Shown here: positions 62,901 through 64,000 of the stretch, piece by piece
Numbering within the stretch: the stretch's first letter is position 1
Layout of the letters: every line of letters begins with the position of its first letter
From: Carcharhinus amblyrhynchos
Lineage: Eukaryota
Length of the DNA: 64,000 bases
Reading direction: 5' to 3'
Assembly: GCA_965287045.1 (NCBI GenBank)
Contig: OZ336881.1
Coordinates: forward strand, 46,190,001-46,254,000
Position numbers and translations under genes: made by a program
Notes under the pieces: model-generated
The model's input: only the letters and a program-made list of their open reading frames with translations
Database searches by the model: none
Told to the model about the DNA's origin: nothing

Positions 62901-64000
62901 GAATCTGCCCTACTATATGACTATGAATGAACTTCTGACTTCTGGAAAAGCTGCCATGTATACAGTCTGAGAAGAATTCTCCCAAACAGTTTCTAAAAGG
63001 GAGGATTCATCAGCTCCATTTGTCACTAGCAGGAATCCCAATGGCTCTCTCAATAGGACATTGAGACTAAAATGGGATTTCTGCAAAGGTGAAAACATTT
63101 CTGATTCACCTGGCTCGCTCCAGAGCAAATGGGAACCTGATGATTGTGCCAAAATGTTAATTCAACTGTCATTATCAGATTTGAAGCCCAATTCAGTGCC
63201 CCCCCCACCCCCTGCCCGCCACTAATCCACTTCCCTGGCAGGAGTGGCAACGGGCGGGTTTTGGTGCTGGTAATGACCAGTGTGGACTTGGCGTGTTGAA
63301 TCCTAAAGGGGTGTCAAAGAGGTAGAGGAAGTGCCCATGTGCCCTTTTGCTAGGCTACAGAGGGAGGGTCCCCCAACTGTCCTAGTGTTGGGTGTCTTCG
63401 GGCTGGAGGCAAGGGTTTTACCTCTGCATTCTTCCCCAGGATGGGGAGATAGTGGCTAAACTGCCCTTCTACCCTAGAAAACTTGATGATTACTTGTGGT
63501 ATGGTATTTTCAGGCATCTTGCTGATGAAAATGCGCATTCCTGTCTGTCAAGTGTGAGAGCTTTGAGGTGGCCTGGTCACTTTAATCTCCAGGCTCGCTG
63601 GACACATGGCAGGTTTCCAAATCCCAGCAGCATTCCATTCAGCAGAAGGGATTCCCCTTTCTCTCTTTCAGAAGCTGCAGGTGTACGGAGACCCCTTTCA
63701 ATTCCCCTAACTGATAGAAGTCAGTCACTTTCATGAGGGCAGATTCCCTTCTCTACAGCTGCTCACTCAGACCTATTCTTTTAACACATAATTTATTTCA
63801 AGTCTCTGAGCTTCGATAGAAAGCTCAAAGCCTTTGAAATCACTTCAAACTGTTTGAAAAGCTTTGTTTCCATTCAATTTCAGTGCAGTCCATTTAAATC
63901 TCCTCTGATTGACCTCTTAATGATTTTTAGACAGCATGCAATCAGCTTTGTTTGTTGATCCTTCCCTTCATGGTTGAATGTAACTCAAGTATCTGTTTCC

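Noticed and set aside
63522-63545. Other isolated CTGATGA matches (also near 4504, 25653, 31884, 44709, 48776, 50890, 61571)
   Set aside because: No stem II followed by GAAA, so they are not hammerheads.
1-64000. CRISPR arrays, operons or prokaryotic defence systems
   Set aside because: The sequence is vertebrate; there are no regularly spaced direct repeats and no long ORFs.

Overview
Non-coding, repeat-rich genomic DNA from a cartilaginous fish, inferred from HE1-type V-SINEs and HER1/CR1 LINE 3' ends. It is probably a shark gene desert or very large intron. I cannot support any host protein-coding exon, rRNA, true tRNA or CRISPR array, and the only ORFs I recognise are decayed retroelement fragments. 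A large part of the window is interspersed repeat: CR1, L2 and RTE LINE fragments, three SINE types, many GGG...CCC-terminated non-autonomous DNA elements with 3-bp TSDs (PIF/Harbinger-like) and a probable solo LTR. The most interesting signal is a set of palindromic, Penelope-like or Penelope-derived elements from at least three families carrying minimal type I hammerhead ribozyme motifs. One of these has an apparently intact U3-A8 covariant catalytic core. Several AT-rich unique segments look like conserved enhancers but cannot be confirmed without alignment. Repeat boundaries are by eye (about +/-10-20 bp) and family names are from recall, not database search.
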